A stretch of DNA of 64,000 nt, taken from NCBI RefSeq assembly GCF_902713615.1, contig NC_052158.1:37935729-37999728 (forward strand), given 5' to 3'. The notes beneath the pieces are model-generated. The model was not told the DNA's origin and did no database searches. It saw only the letters and a program-made list of their open reading frames with translations. Below, in pieces: positions 26,191-38,352 of the stretch (positions are counted from its first letter, which is position 1; each line of letters opens with the position of its first letter). Origin of the DNA: Scyliorhinus canicula. Its lineage: Eukaryota. A program made the translations under genes and the position numbers.

Positions 26191-27602
26191 GTCACACTAC
26201 CAGTAATCCAGTAGCTGGTGACAGGTATGGAGTTTTGGTTGTTTGGGGCTCCGAATTGACAGCCCTACTATTATTTATTGCTGACTTTGAATAGAGCTTG
26301 GAAGCACATTAATTGAGAAAATAATAGTCTCCATGCCTCACTGTGGTTAAATGTACAGGAGGGCAATAGCGGATAGGCTTATATCGTGAACGAAGGTGAT
26401 GCACGTTTGGAGGACGCCCTGTGCATGTCGGGCACTTCCAGAAAATGTAACGCCCGATTCATCTGTGTTCTTTGCATGTATTCCGATAAACTTCCAATGC
26501 CATTTGATCTACTCACTAAGTTCCTCCATGCTACATTATTTAAAATCGCAGACTTTTATGTATCGGGAGGCCAACGACAACTTCTGTTGCAGGTGTCTTT
26601 GCTGGACCAGTAGTGCATGGACTGACATTATTTTTAATTACTTTACGTGATGCTGTTCGCTTGGACAGAATGTAATGCCTATTGCCGGTTGCCCTTCAGA
26701 AGTAGATAGTGAAGTTCCATCTTGAACCGCTGCAGTTGCCGAGGTGTATGTGCATTCTCAAAGGTTTTGGGGAGGAACCTCCAGGAACTTGCCCCAACTA
26801 AGGTGAATGGGTGGCTATATATTCCCAAGTCAGTTTGGCAAGTGACTTAGAGGGGGACCTCCAAGACTTCGTGTACCCATGTATCTGTTGCACCAGTCCT
26901 TCTAGACGGTAGTAGTCATGAGATTGGAAATCGCGCTGCCTCAGGAACCTTGCTAAGGTTCCCCTTAGTGCAGCACAATATGCTGCAGGGCATATTGTAA
27001 GTGGCATTTACTGCTACTGTCCCAGCACTGCTCTGGTCGACAGAACTCTCAGTGAATCGATTGCATGGCAGCTCTCAAAGCTGAGAGTACCGCTCCCTGA
27101 GGATCATAAATCCCACTTCCACACTTGTAATGCCGCCTGAAGACTGTTATTTCTCCATTGACGCCATATTTTGCATTGTTTTATTCGTTCTTGGCATTTC
27201 TCCAGTAATGTTGGAATCAGATGTCGCCGCAGATATAATCCGCGGGAAGGTTACAACCACACCCTAACATTCAAACCATATTTTCCGAACGTTCAACATA
27301 AAATTAATAACTGAAGCAAAGTATCCAGGATACAAATTCACAACTCATTTTTCGCAGGGAACAATTACAATAAATGCAGGTATTAGCATGCAATGTAGTG
27401 GGGTCCATGTATTACTATTTACATGTAAATAAAATATTTTATATTACTTGTGGTTCGGTGTCTCCTGGTATCCCCTGGACACAAGAAACAGAACCAATCG
27501 AACCACGCAATTTATAACCTCGTTAGTGTCTCCTGATCATCAGTAAATTCATGGAAAGGGTTATCAACAGCGCTAGCAAATGATACTTACTCAGCAATAC
27601 GT

Positions 27603-27905
27603 GCGGCACGGTAGCAGAGTGGTTAGCACTGTTGCTTTACAGCGCCAGCGACCCGTGTTCCATACCCCGCTTGGGTTACCGTCTGTGCAGAGTCTGCACG
27701 TTCTCCCGTGTCTGTGTCGCTTGCCTCCGGATGCTACGGTTTCCTTTCACATATCCCGAAAGACATGCTTGTTAGGTTAATTGGGCATTTTCAATTCTCC
27801 CTCAGCGCACCCGAACAGGCGCAGGAGTGCGGCAACGAGGAGATTTTCGCACTAACGTCATTGCCGTGTTAGCTTACTTGTGACACTATTAAAGATTATC
27901 ATTAA
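27603..27905 (+). mobile_element. tRNA-derived SINE with an HE1-like head and second-family-like tail
   Basis: GCGGCACGGTAGCAGAGTGGTTAGCAC head; 3' part CCGAACAGGCGC..CTTGTGACACTATTAAAGATTAT. Confidence 0.6.
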
Positions 27906-27949
27906 TAAGGTGCTTACTGAAACTCAATTTAGGATCTGCTAGCCTTCGT

Positions 27950-29340
27950 TCAAACATTGACAAAAGAGCTGAACGCCAGAGCTGAGATGTGAGTGAATGC
28001 CCTTGACATGAATACAGCATTTGACGGAGCCTCAGCAAACGTGGTGTGAAGAAGCCTTGGGGAAAAACCCTCCACTAGTTTGAGGCACATCGAGCACCAA
28101 GAATTATAGTTGTGGTCAGTGGAGGTGTATCATCTCATCCCCAAATCCGCACTTCAGGAGTTTCAATGGTTCGAATCCTGGCATAACCATCTTCACCTGC
28201 TTCACCGATGACATTAATTCCATCATAATGTCAGTAGTTCTTTGACGACTGTACAAAGATCGGCGATTCGCGACTCAGTAGATAGTGAAACAGATCATCT
28301 CCAAATAAAGAAAGACCTGGAAAATGCCCAGGCTTGGTTGACACGTCTTAAGTTGAATTTGCACCAGAGAAGAGACAGGTAATGACCATCTAAAACAAGG
28401 GGGAATCTAACCATCGTCGCCTGACATTTGAAAGCCCAGAATCCCTCACTGTAATCATTTTAGGTATTCTCATTGACCAGAAACTGAACGGGACTAGCCA
28501 TCTCAATACTGTGGCGACAAGAGCAGGTAAGCAGCGAGGAATCCTGAGGTAAGCAACTCACATCCTGCTTCGCAAAGCCCATCTACCAACTACAAGGCAC
28601 ATTTCCGGAGTGTGATGGAAATAATTCCACTTGTCTGGAAGCAGGCAGCTCTTCCAACACTCAAGAAGCTTGGCACTATCCAGGACAGCGCAACCCACAT
28701 TATTTCTACGACTAACACAAAAATTGGATCCCTCCACCACCGGTGGACAATAACAGCAATGTGTGCACTTACAAGATAGATAGATAGAACAGTACAGCAC
28801 AGAACAGGCCCTCCGGCCCTCGATGTTGTGCCGAGCAATGATCACCCTACTCAAACCCACCCTATACCCGAAACCCAACAACCCCCCCCCCCCTTAACCT
28901 TACTTTTTAAGACACTACGGGCAATTTATCATGGCCAATCCACCAACCCGCATATCTTTGGACTGTGGGAGGAAACCGGAGCACCCGGAGGAAACCCATG
29001 CTGCACAGCAGGATCTCACTAAGGTTCCTTTGCCACCACCTGACATGCTTACGGCAATTACTGTATAGAAGGATAAGGATGGCAGGTACCTGGCACAAGC
29101 ATCATCTGGAGTTCCCCCTCCAAGTTACTGACCAGTCTGACTTGAAAGGTATCGCCGTTCATTCACTATTGCTGCGATGAAATCCTGATATTCAATGCCA
29201 AACAGCACTCTTTGTGTACCTGCACCTCCGCGACTGCGGCGGCTCAAAAAGGTGCACACCAAAAACTTGTCAAGGGCACGTGGGCATGACCAATGAGCGG
29301 TTGCCTAGACTGCGACGCCCCCATCCCATAAATTAATTAA
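27950..29340 (+). mobile_element. Degenerate CR1/L2-group LINE with an HE1 SINE (~28781-28998, -) inserted
   Basis: Homologous to the reverse complement of 9275-10990; HE1 tail and core at 28781-28998. Confidence 0.6.
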
Positions 29341-29689
29341 ACACACACTTATCAAAGGATCTGCTGCTTGGAATCGCATGTGTCGAAAGAAAATGCCGCG
29401 GTATTGGCGGAAATGTCTTATTGGCATCTATTGAAGAAGACATGATAGACATGTAGTGCATTTAATGATTTTCAGTTTCATATTATTGATATTATTTGTT
29501 CATTGACTACTGCCTTCGTTATAAACAGCTCGTATGTGTGTTTCTTTTCAGTTATTTGCGACTGCGATGGCAGGTACACAAGGCACAGACCAAAATAAGA
29601 GATCCTTGCACTTACGTTAATATAGATTTAGAATTAATGGTAAAGAACTTCTCCGTAAAATGTCATGAAGGACAGGGCAAGAAAGATAA

Positions 29690-29920
29690 CAAAAGCAAAG
29701 AATACTGGAGAATATCTGCAGGTATGACAGCATCATTGCAGAGATAAGGGAGCTGGTGTTTCGAGTCTGAATGACGCTTTCAAACCTTTGACAAAAGTCA
29801 TCCAGACACGGAACGTTAGCACTCCTTTGTCCCCAAGGATGCTGTCGGACTGTCTAAAATTCTATAGTATTTTCATGTTCTTTTTTTCAGATTCCAGCAT
29901 CCGCAGTAATTTGCTTTTAT
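29690..29920. repeat. Inverted (palindromic) Penelope-like terminal repeat pair
   Basis: GTTTCGAGTCTGAATGAC..TTTCAAA is followed by TTTGACAAAAGTCATCCAGACACGGAAC, forming imperfect inverted arms. Confidence 0.5.
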
Positions 29921-30662
29921 ATTCGTGTAGAAGAAAGATAGATACACAGCGCATCGCCTTCAGTGCACTCGAATGAAATAAAATTATCATGACACGACGA
30001 GCCTCAGTTTGTCTATGTGTTGCAAGAAGTGGCTACGAAGCTCCAAAAACCTTTTTCTTCTATAGCTGTTGTGAAATGACAGTACTCTGCTAAGTTTTTG
30101 CTTATTGTAATTTTGACTTCCTATCCTGTTTCTTTTTTGTTTTTGTGCTGCAGATCAGTAGCACATAAATTAATAGCGGGACCTTTCAAGTTACAAATAT
30201 ATTTCGATATATTCCATTCGACGTTGCCAATTGCACTAAGCTATGCAGTGTGGAGCGAACCTGAACCAATAAGTTCATACTGAAATATAAATGTTCCACC
30301 TTACAGGGTTAGTTAGCTAACCAAACTATGTCGATCCTTTCTGTGAAATATACAACAAGTAATACAAAACAACAGTGATTTACTGCTTCGGTCACATATC
30401 TAGTGAGACATGGTAAACGGAATAACAATTGCTGCTTGAAATTATTTGCCAGACTTGTTGCTCACAGCAATAAGCTTGCATTCAATATTGCACAGCTCCT
30501 GATTTAAGAAGTTTCACAGATCTGCGCGCCACATTGTCGGTAGAAAATTGTAACTGTAAATACTCCCTTTCATCATAACAATTTCGACCAGGCCTCCGGT
30601 TAGTAATCCACACTCCTTGCAATTACACAATGCGAGATACAAGTAAAAATACTTCCATGGAA

Positions 30663-30980
30663 ACCATAGAGTCCCAACGGTGCAGAAGGGCTCCATTCGG
30701 CTCATCGAGTGTATACCGCCCCTCCGAATGAGGACGCTTACCTGGCTCCATCCCTCGCCCTATTACCAGAATCCTACCCATCTGCACACCTTTGGACAAT
30801 AAAGGGAAATTTACAGTTCTACATCCAGCTACACTTCACTTTGTTGGACTGTAGTTGGAAAGTGGAGCATCAGGATGAAACGCACAAAGGCACGGAGAGA
30901 ATGTGCAAACTCCACAAAGTCAGTCAGCCAAGGTCTGAATGAAGCGGTGGTCCCTCGCACTGTCATGCTGTAAAGCTAAC
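30663..30980 (-). mobile_element. Diverged HE1-type SINE
   Basis: Eroded HE1 core and head. Confidence 0.6.
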
Positions 30981-31297
30981 CGCTGTGTCACAGTGCCGTC
31001 TCAGTCAGAGACAGCAACCTCAGTGAATTGCCATCTCTGACTTGTGAATCATGACTGCAAGGCATTACAGTAAGTTGATCATTTCCCAAGTCAGATAGTT
31101 TCTGATCAACCAACGGAGGCTTACTTGCAGTTGAGCCAATTAATAAAATAACAGATCGTGCTCATTGAAATTCTAACTGCTAAATTGAGCGAATATTTGT
31201 TTGGCAATTAGATGACGGTACGACATGATCCTATTCAGAGTAAAAACTAGAAATTACAACAAGAGATTATACAGATTGGACACTGATATTCTCTTAC

Positions 31298-31364
31298 CAG
31301 GAACGCCAATGACTGCAAGGGTCAAGTAGTACACTTTCTTGATGTTTTGAACTGCTTCCATCAT
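31298..31364 (-). CDS. GPR139-like GPCR, exon 1 (MMEAVQNIKKVYYLTLAVIGVP)
   Basis: 67-nt coding exon ending CCTG|GTAAG. The phase-1 join G+TT gives Val and restores TM1 (YYLTLAVIGVPVNLVAIAIL). Total CDS 999 nt = 332 aa; intron 19338-31297. Confidence 0.85.
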
Positions 31365-32096
31365 TTCCTGAGTGAACTGAACTGTCCCTTTGTGATGCCA
31401 GTAGTCACTCTCAATTAGACTCTGAGAGGAAACTCGCCCTGCCCATTTAATTTATGCCCTGAAGTAACTCCGGGGGGATAGCTAGATTGCAAAATTGTTT
31501 TCGCACAGATGAAGAGCCTGTAATACTCTAATTCAGTCGATTTTGCAATTAAATATTGTTCTTAATTTCAGAAATGCGTTTAGGTATCCAAAATACTGCC
31601 AATATTGTTCACCCTGTTCTTGTAATTTAACAATAATTCAATTCTCCATAAGCATTCTGTAGTGATTCTGAATTCTAGAAACTGCATGGTCTATTTATCT
31701 GCAGCCACTCAGTTACATTTGTATATTGACGTGCTCAAGAACGGCAGAAATATATTATTTCTGTGTATTGAGTTTATATAGTTCATAGAAGTGAATATGT
31801 CAAAACACCGGAGTGCATGGCACTTCCAAAAGACACGCGCGACCAACGAATACATAAATTGCTGCCCATGCTCTTCTTGAAATTAATGCATTTCTGAAGA
31901 CAAATATTGTTTCGAACAAAAAGGCTAAAAGAGTTTTCAATATAATACTGACAGCAAAAAAAAAACTAACAGAGGTCACAAGCAATTGCAATATTTCAAA
32001 GTAATGCAGAATCGGAAACTTAAAGAAGTTTTCAATATAAGCTGACATAACAACATCAAATAATACAGATCCTCCATATATCACAGCATCAAAAGA

Positions 32097-32267
32097 TGAA
32101 AATCGCTTATTATCACGAGTAGGCTTCAATGAAGTTACTGTGAAAAGCCCCTAGTCGCCACATTCCGGCTCCTGTTCGGGGAGGCTGGTACGGAAATCGA
32201 ACCGTGCTGCTGGCCTGCTTGGTCTGCTTTAAAAGCCAGCGATTAGCCCTGTGAGCTAAACCAGCCC
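32097..32267 (-). mobile_element. tRNA-derived SINE (second family)
   Basis: Homologous to 10205-10385. Confidence 0.78.
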
Positions 32268-34513
32268 ACAGATAAACAGTAACGCATTTAAGCACTGCGA
32301 CTAGTGCAACGAATGCACCACTACGGGACTGGAAACAGGAATTGGCGCACGAAGTCGTCGGACAATTCAATAAGATCATCTTCATTTGTGACTTCCGTCC
32401 AGCTATCCTTCGTCCCACCACATCTCTTATTATGTTGACGAGTGAATATTAGTCTCAGATTTGTAAATCACAATTCAACGATTATCAGTGTCACCTAAGG
32501 AACGTAGATTCAAATTTCCAAAAGCTATTGTGTGCAGATCTGTTCCTGCATTCAAACCTGAGGGATTGATTTACATCTGCACACCGTGTGAAGGAATGGT
32601 ATTCTCCCAAATCCGCATCTTAGTTTCACTCCAATGCAGGATTGCTTCCATTTAATGTAAGGACAATATCGGAAACATCGCCTACGATAAGCAAATCCAA
32701 GAAATTGAATAAGCAGTTTCCCTAAATTTAAAAGTTGAATATTTGTTTTATTCAGGTATGTACGCTCAAGTAACTCCAATGCCATTCTATCTTGTGGTAT
32801 GCTACTCAGAGCAGAACAATTGCCATTATATTGTCAAACCTGGCAGTTTAATCTGCTGCAGAATAAATTGTTTTCCATTCTACTCCCGTTCACTCAAACT
32901 AAAAGTCATGATTGCTTTATTTTCATTGTTTTGGCTTGCACGCACTTATGGCACGTTCATGATTTTTTGGACAATGAGCAAAATTATTCTTGAGAAGTTC
33001 CAAACTTTGGAAGCCATCTTATATTATTTTCAGCTGCAAACATTATGCCACACTTTCCTGCAATGGGATCTTGGTCGGAATTGCAATTCATCCCCCCCCC
33101 CCCCCCGCTCCACCCCCGCCCCCCCCCCCCCCCCCCCCACCCCCGCAGCCACATTGACGGCACGTTTTCCGGAAATTCCGTTGAAATGCGACAGGAGTTC
33201 ATTCCGGATTTGACATGATTTGCTTCTGAGGGGAGACGGGGCAGACATTAGAAATTAGAAGAATGAAGGGGGGATCTTACAGAAACAATAAATATTTTGA
33301 AGGGGAGAGGTAAGATAGAAGCAGGGAAGTTGTTTCCACTGCTGGGTTAATCTAGAACTCGGGGGCATATCCACAGAATGAGCGGGATCAGAATTGAGGT
33401 GGAATCCCTTCACCCAAATGGTCGTGAATTTTTAAACAGTAGAGGAATTAACGGTTATTACGAGTGGATGGGTAGTGAAGCAGAGTCCACAAAACCATCT
33501 TCCATGATCTTATTGAATGCTCGATGGGTGTTATGGCATACCCTTGCTCCCATTTCGGATTCTCGGCCCCACCGTTCCGCCTTTCTGTTTCACCCCTCCG
33601 GCGTGATGCTCCATTACGCCGGCTTGTCAATGGGGTTTCCCAATGTGGGCAGCCACATTGATAAACACCCGGGCTGTTTGCAAAACGAAGCATCAAGCCG
33701 GCGGAGAATGCAGTCGAAGTGTTCTTATGAGGTGTGATTTCCGTCACCAGTGAATACCGAGCCGCCGGGAAACACCTGGTTGGGGGAATGCAAAATTCAG
33801 CCAAAACTGCTCTCGAATTTTCTGAAAACTGTTTGCCAATTGTTCCCTGCGCAGATCACTGGCGAAACTGTTGGTCTGAGCTGCGTGTTCACTGATGACT
33901 TGCGCGTCTGTGCTGCAGGCCCATACATCTGATATTATGAATGTCCGGGTTATCATAAGACCTGTAGACACTACAAAGAACATAAGGAATCTTTTGCATA
34001 ACTGAAGAGGAATACAAATATAATCAATTATACAGTTGGAGAGATGATAGGGAATGTGCGGCAGAAGAGGCGATCATGTGGAGGGGAGCAAAGAAGAGAT
34101 GGACGAAAATGTAACAGGCTCAAGACACGCGCTCTTAACGTTGACATTAAGGATGGAAAAAGAGCCAATAGTAGGGTAAAGGTAAGATCTCACAATGGGT
34201 TTCCAGGAGAACAAGGTCAGCGTTGTTTGAAAGCAAAATTGAAAAAAAACAGGAGTTTGGCAGGTTGGCTATTGAGGGAGATGGGGATGAGTATTATGGG
34301 CTAACAAAAGCAAACTAAAATAAGGAACCTAAATGCATGTAATTGTTCACAGTCGACAGTTGGCGAACTGAATGTGGAGTGTAGAAGGCAGTTACGTGCC
34401 TTATTATAAGATGAGGCGTTATTTTTCTAGTTTGCTCTGGGAATCACTGGAACATTACAGGGGACCAATATTTGGGCATGAGCAAGAGGTGGAGATAAAT
34501 AGTGAGAAACCGA

Positions 34514-35386
34514 TGAAGCCATCTAGGATGGCCACTTTCAGAATACAAAATGGAGACTCACAGAGAATGTAGGGAAATGTGGATAATGCCAGACAACAAG
34601 CAGGCACAGTGTCTGAATGTATATTTGGGATGCAGTTACCAGACGGAGTCGAAACTCTGGGTCGTTTAGCATATTGATGGCCAATCTCCGAGGAACAAAG
34701 GACTAACACTCAGGTAGTTGACACTGTCGCAGACATCCCGGCGCCAGTACCCCAAACGAAAAACACAAACAAAGCAAGGCCAACGGCTACCTAAGGCACG
34801 GCCAGCCATCAGGGCACTCACCCCTTTATTGGTTAAGATTGATAACAATGATCGAGAAACTGCCCAATTAATTGGACCAAGTTTAAGGCTCACCTAAAAG
34901 CGTGCAAAGCCCCTCCAAGTATAAGAAGGAAACTCCACGAGAGATTTACTCTCTTGGATTTGGCTCTCAAGCGGAGTGACCCATCCACCAGCATCACCAG
35001 AAGCAACTGAGTCCAAGGTCAACGCTCGCAATCAGATGGACCACCTTCGCTGTTCTCTTATTATCTCTTGAACCTAACAGCCTCAGATACGAACAACGGC
35101 CATTGTTCCTCTGACTAAGTGGGCAGCCAAAGTTAAGTATAGCCGTTAGCGATACAGATAGTTTAGTTTGTGGTACTATAGTGCATGAGTAGATCTTACT
35201 GTGTGTGTAAATAAATAGTATTGACTTTGAACTAACTAACTGGTGTATTGGCTCTTTGATCGGTATTCGGATTGAACCTTGTGTCAGTATCGAGAGATAC
35301 CTGGCGACTCTGAATGTACTCATAATTAGAATTAAGAACGGCGACCACATTGACCGCCATTTTATAACCAAATAAATATAGCAACA
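34514..35386 (+). repeat. 5' LTR of copy A
   Basis: TG...GCAACA termini; aligns with 56624-57438 (clearly diverged by eye); TATA-like GTATAAGAA near 34919 and AATAAA near 35210. Confidence 0.88.
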
Positions 35387-35390
35387 TTAC

Positions 35391-35412
35391 TGGTGACTCT
35401 GATGGGATTCGA
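35391..35412 (+). promoter_or_regulatory. Primer binding site, probably tRNA-Arg(UCU)
   Basis: TGGTGACTCTGATGGGATTCGA, 4 nt after the LTR; close to the complement of the vertebrate tRNA-Arg(UCU) 3' end (TGGCGACTCTGGTGGGATTCGA, recalled from memory). Confidence 0.7.
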
Positions 35413-35704
35413 CATAGAAGTGGCTTTGTCACTCTGAGAGAACCCAAATTTGAATCAGAATCCAATTGGAAAAAGAAAAACCACAAGCGTAAGACCAATA
35501 TCGATCAAACACCAAATTTGGGAAGTGAGTTATTTGCATGCGTGCTAACAAGGGATACAGGTAAACTTGATAGCTTTTGTTGCGTAACTGTCTGGAGTTT
35601 GGTAGGCCGGAAAATAGCGTGAGCCGTTCCCATGTTTACATCACCACTTTATTCCCCGCTGTTCCAAATTCAGTAGAAACCCAGAGTTTGCAATAGAATT
35701 GGAA

Positions 35705-38352
35705 ATGAAGGCAATGGAACGCCTTATCAAACCCCAGGAATTCGAGGTCGCAGCGAACAGTAGAATAGGGCACTGTCCCATTTGGGATGAGTAAATTAGA
35801 AAATATCTCAAAAGGAAAGGATGGCCCTTTGTACTGAATTTTGAGCAAACGACGAAACAGGTCCCGGAAGTAAAGGGCATATTTGGTGGTGTAACCTGAC
35901 AGAGACTCATAAGAAAAGCTTAGGGAAAGCTCGTAAGCCGATGGCAATCGTGTCCTGCTTGGCACAATTGCGAGGCACAGAGGAGGTCGTGAGGACGCTC
36001 TGTAGAGAGATTGAAGAGATAAATAAGAATAGTGCGGGAGGTGTGACTGAGTAATAGAAAGTTAACAGCGAACTGACAGAGCAGTTAGCGGTGAAGGACA
36101 AGGAGATGGCAGATGTCAAACGGTCACACCAATATTGTCTCGCCCATTTAAGTAGCTTTCAGTCGCAATATGACAAGGCCTGCCAAGACAGGCAGTGCGC
36201 GGTGTTGGTAAGAGAAGAAATAGAACACCAATTTGAGCAATTACAGAAACAATCTAATGATGTATAAGCAGCCCTACGAGCACACCACAGTTCCAAGACG
36301 GAACAAAGGCAGAGATCAGTGGACCACACTAAATACTGACAGCAAATTGCAGACATGCGATCCATGCTTTCTGTACAAAATGGATTCCAGAATACATTCG
36401 GACCCCAGTTAGACCAAGAAAATACCCCCGATTGGCATGAGTTAAATAAGACTGCCCATAGATTGGATTGGATTGGATTTGTGTATTGTCACGTGTACCG
36501 AGGTACGGTGAAAAGTATTTTTCTGCAAGCACCTCAACAGATCATTCAGTACATGGGAAGAAAAGGGAATTGAACAGAATTCAAGAAAATACATGAGAAT
36601 ACATAATAGGGAAATACAATATATACAACGTACATAATAAGCAATGGCATCGGATGAAGCAGACATGGGTGTAGGGTTAATGAGGTCAGTCCATAAGAGG
36701 GTCATTTAGGAGTCTGGTGACAGTGGGGAAGAAGCTGTTTTTGAGTTTGTTCGTCCGTGTTCTCAGACTTCTGAATCTCCTGCCCGATGGAAGAAGTTGG
36801 AAAAGTGAGTAAGCCGGGTGGGAGGGATCCTTGATTATGCTGCCTGCTTTCCCCCGGTAGCGGGAGGTGTAGATGGAATCAATGGATGGGAGGCAGGTTC
36901 GTGTGATGGACTGGGCGGTACTCACGACTCTCTGAAGTTCCTTGCGATCCTGGGCCGAGCAGTTGCCATACCAGGCTGTGATGCAGACCGATAGGATGCT
37001 CTCTATAGTGCATCTGTAAAAGTTGGTAAGGGTTAATGTGGACATGCCGAATTTCCTTAGTTTCCTGAGGAAGTAAAGGCGCTGTTGTGCTTTCTTGGTG
37101 ATAGCGTCGACATGAGTGGACCAGGATAGATTTTTGGTGATGTGCACCCCTAGGAATTTGAAACTGCTCACCATCTCTACCTCGGCTCCGTTGACGCTGA
37201 CAGGGGTGTGTACAGTACTTTGCTTCCTATAGTCGATGACCAGCTCTTTAGTTTTGCTGGCATTAAGGGAGAGATTGTTGTCGCTGCACCACTCCACTAG
37301 GTTCTCTATCTCCCTCCTGTATTCGGACTCGTTGTTATTCGAGATCCGGCCCACTATGGTACCATATGGCACCATAGATATGTACATGGCACATGTACTC
37401 AGGACAAACCACAGAAAAGGAAAGCACTCCCACCCCCGACTGCACAGGCAGAGCACAAGACCATGAACACTGTCACCACACAGCGCAGGGCCACAACAAA
37501 TGGAGAACCAGATTTTCTGTCAACCACCCCATTAACAGTAACTCAATTAAGGGATGCATGCGATAAGATTACACTGTTCCTACGCACATTGGACCCACAC
37601 CATTATTTTGCAAGAGTAAAACAACTGCGACCATGTACGGACTGTATCAAAAAGAGCAAGTGAAGCTCGCAATTCTGAGCCGCGACCCCTTAGTCGTGGC
37701 AGCCCTTCCCAACCGACAGAATGTAGGAGGAGGCACCCTCAAAGAAATGCGTGCAGCCATCCTAGATGCGATCGGCTACAATAAATGAGACACCGTAGAA
37801 GGCCGAAACAAATGTAGGCAGAAAATCACAGAGCACCCCACAGCATTTGGTGGACGCCTGTGGATTCATTTCACAGCGGTATTCGGAGTTATTCCGCGCC
37901 CATTTGACCCAGACAATATGGCCAAATGGAATCGAATCCTAGTCTCTCCCGCAACAGAAGTAGGACAGAGAGCTTGCGCAAATTGCGACCCCTCAGATGA
38001 GGCCCACAATGAGAAATGTGCACTAAAGAGATTGTCCCGAGCTTGGGAACAGTCCATGCAGGGAAAATCTGCTGACGGGAAAGCAGATGAAGAGCAGCCA
38101 GATTCTAACATGCATCCAGTGTGGACGCAGCAGAACCACGTATGGGTAAATGAGGGAAGAAATAGCCCACAGCAGCCTAAATCCCACGAATGTTACAATT
38201 GCAGACAATTAGAACATTATGCATGAGAGTGCAATGCGCCCCTGAAACAGAAGCAAAACCAAAAGGCAAACACCCTGGATAAGAATAGGGCCAAGCCCAT
38301 CCATAGTGTTTGCGCCCGTTCCGATAACGCAAATATGAAATGCACCGATTGA
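35705..38352 (+). pseudogene. gag: gag of copy A (degenerate, split by Rex1)
   Basis: Collinear with copy B gag (PMAIVSCLAQLRGTEEVV, LSVQNGFQNTFG, CYNCRQLEHYA.EC knuckle); multiple stops. Confidence 0.8.
36464..37371 (-). mobile_element. 5'-truncated Rex1/Babar LINE inserted in copy A gag
   Basis: ORF 36686-37456 reads NNLSLNASKTKELVIDYRK..AQQRLYFLRKL; (CAATC)n tail; TSD CCATAGAT at 36456-36463 and 37372-37379. Confidence 0.88.

Noticed and set aside
32743-33248. ORFs with poly-Pro/poly-Gly
   Set aside because: Produced by C/G homopolymer tracts; no coding evidence.
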